Shown: positions 61,229 to 64,000 of the stretch, piece after piece
Layout: each line of letters begins with the position of its first letter
Numbering within the stretch: position 1 is the first letter of the stretch
Source: the human T2T-CHM13v2.0 reference genome, Homo sapiens
Length of the DNA: 64,000 nt
NCBI RefSeq assembly: GCF_009914755.1
Contig: NC_060941.1
Direction: 5' to 3' (one strand)
Made by a program: the position numbers and the translations under genes
Notes under the pieces: generated by a model
What the model was told of the DNA's origin: nothing
The model's database searches: none
What the model saw: only the letters and a program-made list of their open reading frames with translations

Positions 61229-62276
61229 CAGCATTTAAATTTTCAGTGTTAGGTTTCCTCCAAGTACATTTAAAACTTTTGATTGGAAAAAAACTCATTG
61301 ATTTGGTCTTTAATATTTCTTAACCTGTTAAATCCATTACCTCCACTTCACGTGGGAAAATCCAATTGGTATTGGGAGCAGGAGTTTGGTTTTCTTCTCT
61401 GGCACAGATCTGTGGCATTTGGTAGAGCGGCAGTCAGTAGATGGAGTGAAAATTACCTTGCTGGTGTTAATAAAAGCTAATTTTCTTGCCTTCTAGCTAC
61501 AACGTCTTAAAGTCTTCTATTAAAGATTAATTCCTTTGGGTTTTGCATTGCCCTTGCCTGGTTCTTACTTTTAAAATGTTAATGCTCCGAAGGAAAATTT
61601 TTGCATTAAGTCATTAACTCCTTAGCTGGGGACTTCGTTTATTTCACCCTTGACTTCCGCTTCCGAGCTAGGCAAAAAATGGAGGATTCTGAACTGGAGA
61701 CTTGGCACTAAAAGTGGGAAAATGACTGTCTCTTCATTTTTCCTGGCTGTTGGTTATGCCTGCTGCAGCTGCTTGTTAAGTCTATTGAATGAATGAATGA
61801 ACACATAGCTGACTGGCTGTGGATTTAGGCCTCACAGGAATGGAGTTTAGGGGCATAGCAGCTGACCTCCTGAAGCCTGAAAGTCCCAGGGCAGAGAGGA
61901 GGTACTGGGTGGGTGGTATGCTTGGTCTTGACTTGTTCACAAGCCCCTTCATCCTCCACCGTGGCCGCCAGAGCTCAGGGAATATCTGAACCCAGGTTAT
62001 GTTTGGTGGAAGGGAGGGAACTGAAAATTCAATGACAGGTTTTTCTTTTGCCATGGCTAGGAATAGGGCTGACAAATGGGCTTCATCTCATTTGCCTCTG
62101 TGGCCAGTTGAAATGCCTCTCAGGGGTTCTATGTTAAGAAGGATTCTGAGGTCCAGAGAGCCTCACGGTCAGCAGCTAGCACTATCTGCCTGGGTTTAGG
62201 TTGGGGGAAGCAGCACCATGTATATTGGAGTCTGATCTTGGAGGACTAATTTTGTCCCTTTTCCTTCTGTCTCTAG

Positions 62277-63359
62277 GGACCCAACCAGAGCCTGGCCTGG
62301 GAGCCAGGATGGCCATCCACAAAGCCTTGGTGATGTGCCTGGGACTGCCTCTCTTCCTGTTCCCAGGGGCCTGGGCCCAGGGCCATGTCCCACCCGGCTG
62401 CAGCCAAGGCCTCAACCCCCTGTACTACAACCTGTGTGACCGCTCTGGGGCGTGGGGCATCGTCCTGGAGGCCGTGGCTGGGGCGGGCATTGTCACCACG
62501 TTTGTGCTCACCATCATCCTGGTGGCCAGCCTCCCCTTTGTGCAGGACACCAAGAAACGGAGCCTGCTGGGGACCCAGGTATTCTTCCTTCTGGGGACCC
62601 TGGGCCTCTTCTGCCTCGTGTTTGCCTGTGTGGTGAAGCCCGACTTCTCCACCTGTGCCTCTCGGCGCTTCCTCTTTGGGGTTCTGTTCGCCATCTGCTT
62701 CTCTTGTCTGGCGGCTCACGTCTTTGCCCTCAACTTCCTGGCCCGGAAGAACCACGGGCCCCGGGGCTGGGTGATCTTCACTGTGGCTCTGCTGCTGACC
62801 CTGGTAGAGGTCATCATCAATACAGAGTGGCTGATCATCACCCTGGTTCGGGGCAGTGGCGAGGGCGGCCCTCAGGGCAACAGCAGCGCAGGCTGGGCCG
62901 TGGCCTCCCCCTGTGCCATCGCCAACATGGACTTTGTCATGGCACTCATCTACGTCATGCTGCTGCTGCTGGGTGCCTTCCTGGGGGCCTGGCCCGCCCT
63001 GTGTGGCCGCTACAAGCGCTGGCGTAAGCATGGGGTCTTTGTGCTCCTCACCACAGCCACCTCCGTTGCCATATGGGTGGTGTGGATCGTCATGTATACT
63101 TACGGCAACAAGCAGCACAACAGTCCCACCTGGGATGACCCCACGCTGGCCATCGCCCTCGCCGCCAATGCCTGGGCCTTCGTCCTCTTCTACGTCATCC
63201 CCGAGGTCTCCCAGGTGACCAAGTCCAGCCCAGAGCAAAGCTACCAGGGGGACATGTACCCCACCCGGGGCGTGGGCTATGAGACCATCCTGAAAGAGCA
63301 GAAGGGTCAGAGCATGTTCGTGGAGAACAAGGCCTTTTCCATGGATGAGCCGGTTGCAG
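62277..63359 (+). other. GPRC5C: GPRC5C exon 2 (1083 nt), phase 1 at both ends
   Basis: Branch-point-like CTAAT at 62246-62250, pyrimidine tract 62251-62274, acceptor AG at 62275-62276, then 32 nt (GG ACC CAA CCA GAG...) before the ATG; GT donor at 63360. Confidence 0.95.
62309..63359 (+). CDS. GPRC5C: GPRC5C (RAIG3) class C orphan GPCR, main coding exon (partial CDS: 350 codons + 1 nt; continues beyond window)
   Basis: Translation MAIHKALVMCLGLPLFLFPGAWAQGHVPPGCSQ...ENKAFSMDEPVA matches the human GPRC5C protein as I know it. It has a signal peptide (AWA|QG), seven hydrophobic helices and an NSS sequon. ATG context aggATGg is strong. Donor GCAG|GTGGGT at 63359/63360. Confidence 0.98.
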
Positions 63360-63503
63360 GTGGGTCTCTGTGGATGCCCCCAGTGGCCCCTTTCTCCATC
63401 CCATGTCTTTTACTGCAGGACAGGGAGCCAGTCTCTTGAGCAAAATGGAAAGTTTTTGAGGTTTTCTGTAGTTTTCTGCCTAAGTGTCTCTAAATTCCAT
63501 TTA

Positions 63504-63838
<335 letters not shown>

Positions 63839-64000
63839 CTATATTCATATAATTCATGCATACATTCTCACTGTAAAATTTCAAACATTACAGATAAAAT
63901 GAAATTTTCCCCAGCTGCCTCCCCAGTCCTACCCGTCCCATCCTGTTCCATCCCCAGAAGTGACCACTATTGACTGATATAATATCTATGTGCCTTTGTT

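Noticed and set aside
62201-62276. 5' extension of the 412-aa ORF (MGEAAPC...)
   Set aside because: Starts at TTG and runs through the branch point and pyrimidine tract; intronic.
62273-63238. 321-aa antisense ORF and other alternative-frame ORFs over exon 2
   Set aside because: Shadow of a GC3-rich coding exon; no recognisable domain or independent gene signals.

Overview
Human (primate) euchromatic DNA from the GPRC5C locus (17q25.1, recognised from the protein). The first ~47 kb is repeat-dominated intergenic sequence: roughly 70 full or partial Alus including one near-consensus AluYa5, MaLR/THE1 and ERV1-type solo LTRs, old L1/L2/MIR pieces, MER20/MER58/MER47A DNA transposons, and a 3'-truncated 5S rRNA retropseudogene. 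A CpG-island promoter at ~53.2-55.4 kb carries several alternative first exons of GPRC5C. A ~6-7.6 kb intron leads to the 1083-nt exon 2 (62277-63359), which encodes the signal peptide and all seven TM helices; the rest of the gene lies beyond the window. Almost all other ORFs in the track are Alu-, low-complexity- or GC-shadow artefacts. No new protein-coding gene or CRISPR-like system is supportable. The best leads are inferences from exact sequence features. (1) Exon 2 is phase-symmetric, stop-free, 361 codons long and bracketed by oppositely oriented Alus, so a back-spliced circle would be an endless ORF of 7TM units joined by the signal peptide. (2) Four candidate first exons, one ~7 kb distal, each offer an in-frame ATG and a phase-1 donor. 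(3) Convergent CTCF motifs and an intronic nuclear-receptor half-site array are present. (4) Several small templated duplications and inversions cluster in the intergenic region. Repeat subfamily names and boundaries are by eye and approximate.
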